From assembly GCA_964016885.1 (NCBI GenBank), contig OZ024766.1, forward strand, positions 1,302,001-1,366,000: a stretch of DNA of 64,000 bases, written 5' to 3'. The notes below the pieces were generated by a model that did no database searches, was not told the DNA's origin, and worked only from the letters and a program-made list of their open reading frames with translations. Each line of letters starts with the position of its first letter. The stretch's first letter is position 1. Shown here piece by piece: positions 59,573 through 64,000 of this stretch. This stretch comes from Eledone cirrhosa (lineage: Eukaryota). Position numbers and translations under genes: made by a program.

Positions 59573-59918
59573 ATCATCATCATCATCATCATCACTGTTT
59601 TACATCCGTTCTTCGATGTTAGCATGAGTTAGACAGGTTGTCCTGTTGTGGGCAGTGTCCGGTCGGCTGACCATGTCTTGTTCATATGGGAACTGATTCT
59701 GGCTTGATTTCTACAGCTGGATGCCCTTCCTAACACCAACCTCATTTACAGTGAGTGCTGGTGCTTTTTTTGCCGTGGCACCTCCACGACCACTTTGCAG
59801 TGGAATGATAGGGACCCCAGTCCCTATCATCTCATTTCTACAGCTGAGTAAACTGGAGCAATGTGAAATAAAGTGTCTTGCTCAAGGAAACAACACATCA
59901 CCCGATCTGAGAGTTGAA
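59573..59918 (-). mobile_element. SINE family 2, head-truncated
   Basis: Homology to 34612-35003. Confidence 0.88.
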
Positions 59919-59951
59919 CACACATCACACGGTCTGTATATATATATACAA

Positions 59952-59991
<40 letters not shown>

Positions 59992-59992
59992 A

Positions 59993-60099
59993 GAAGTTAT
60001 ATTTAATTTGTTGGGATTCCAATAACCTTAAAAGTTTATAACTGATATAGAGCACTCAACAGATAACTGGAGTAAATATTCAATATATTAATAAATGGA

Positions 60100-60105
<6 letters not shown>
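59993..60105 (-). mobile_element. Family A 3' fragment (another diverged fragment at 58897-59000, +)
   Basis: GCACTCAAC...CTGGAGTAAA...ATTAATAAATGGAAACTATA. Confidence 0.7.
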
Positions 60106-60167
<62 letters not shown>

Positions 60168-60393
60168 AGGGGGGAGCGAGAGGTGATGTGGTGATGTTCA
60201 AGAGAGCTGAAGGAGGTTTATTTAAAGGAGGGGAGAATGTCTGTTTATCAGGAAGTTGCCATTGGCTACCGCTGCCCGGATGTAATTTCCTCGTAGTGGT
60301 TACTATCAAATATGACACCACTGGTTACAATGAGCAACATCCACATCTACTTCACTACTGTGTGTTTGTATATATATATATATATATATGTGT

Positions 60394-60444
<51 letters not shown>

Positions 60445-60608
60445 GGTGTGTGTGTGTGTGTGTATTTATGTGGAACAATTTAAAGTATATTTTTTGTAAC
60501 CTATTCCAGACATGGTTGGCTGCCTGAACGATTACTTAACTATGGCAAATTGGCTTGTTGACACCATGGTATATATATATATATACACTCATGCACACAC
60601 ACACATAT

Positions 60609-60662
<54 letters not shown>

Positions 60663-60752
60663 GTATATGTGTGTACATATATATATATATATGTGTACAT
60701 ATTTATATATATGTGTGTACATATTTATATATGTGTACACACACACATGTGT

Positions 60753-60784
<32 letters not shown>

Positions 60785-61043
60785 GTGGACACACACACAT
60801 ATATATATATATATGTGTGGACACACACACATATATATATATATATATATGTATATGTATGTACATATATGTGTATATATATATATATAGACGCATACTA
60901 GTACAAAATCATTTATCATTTATAGAGTTAAATATGTATATGTTACACATATACCCACATATATATATATACAAGTATATATATATATATATATGTACAT
61001 ATATATATATACAAGTATATATATACAAGTATATATATACAAG

Positions 61044-61074
<31 letters not shown>

Positions 61075-61258
61075 CCAATACCAGGCTATTTCAAATTAAG
61101 CCGTACAAGAGAAATAAATCAAAACTTACCAAGTTGCCCAGATTTGAAACCGAAGAATCTTTTGGTTCTGGTCTGTAGCTTCGTATCACTTGTCAGCCTT
61201 ACCGCCTTCATCATCACCATCAACATCACAGGAAAAAATTGCACGTTAAACGATGATG

Positions 61259-61292
<34 letters not shown>

Positions 61293-61444
61293 TATATAAA
61301 TAATATATATATAAATAATATATATATAAATAATATATATAAATAATATATATATAAATAATATATATATAAATAATATATATATAAATAATATATATAT
61401 AAATAATATATATATATAATATATATATATATTATATAATATAT

Positions 61445-61710
61445 TGATTTCTACAGCTGGATGCCCTTCCTAACACCAACCTCATTTACAGTGAGTGCTG
61501 GGTGCTTTTTTCCGTGACGCCTACATGTCCACTTTACAGTGGAATGATAGGGACCCCAGTTATATCATCTCATTTCTACAGCTGAGTAAACTGGAGCAAT
61601 GTGAAATAAAGTGTCTTGCTCAAGGAAACAACACATCTCCCGGTCTTAGAATTGAACTCACAACCTTTCGATTGTAAGGCCAATGCTCTAACCACTAAGC
61701 CATGTGCCTC
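61445..61710 (-). mobile_element. SINE family 2, 5' two-thirds
   Basis: Homology to 34735-35003. Confidence 0.88.
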
Positions 61711-61711
61711 C

Positions 61712-64000
<2,289 letters not shown>

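Overview
Very AT-rich, microsatellite-saturated eukaryotic non-coding DNA. The SINE and LINE content resembles a cephalopod (octopus-like) genome, which is inference from recall rather than a search. No host protein-coding gene can be supported; almost all ORF-track entries are translations of (TA)n/(CA)n/(GT)n tracts. The window holds two tRNA-derived SINE families, decayed RTE- and CR1/L2-type LINE fragments (including a broken RT domain at 48929-49580), five tandem arrays (48, 61, 99, 105 and 108 bp units; two are amplified pieces of LINE coding sequence), a Helitron-like end and a 200-N gap. The main hidden signal is a set of short (about 150-400 bp) non-coding elements, most ending at (TA)n and often arranged as foldback palindromes. 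They carry minimal type I hammerhead ribozyme motifs (stem I-CUGANGA-stem II-GAAA-palindrome-UH-stem I'). At least six sequence types occur, with stem III palindromes TATATA, TGCGCA, CAATTG, CATATG or CCGG; one type has a compensatory U3-A8 core. This fits non-autonomous Penelope-like or retrozyme-like elements associated with (TA)n. Ribozyme activity is predicted by eye and untested.
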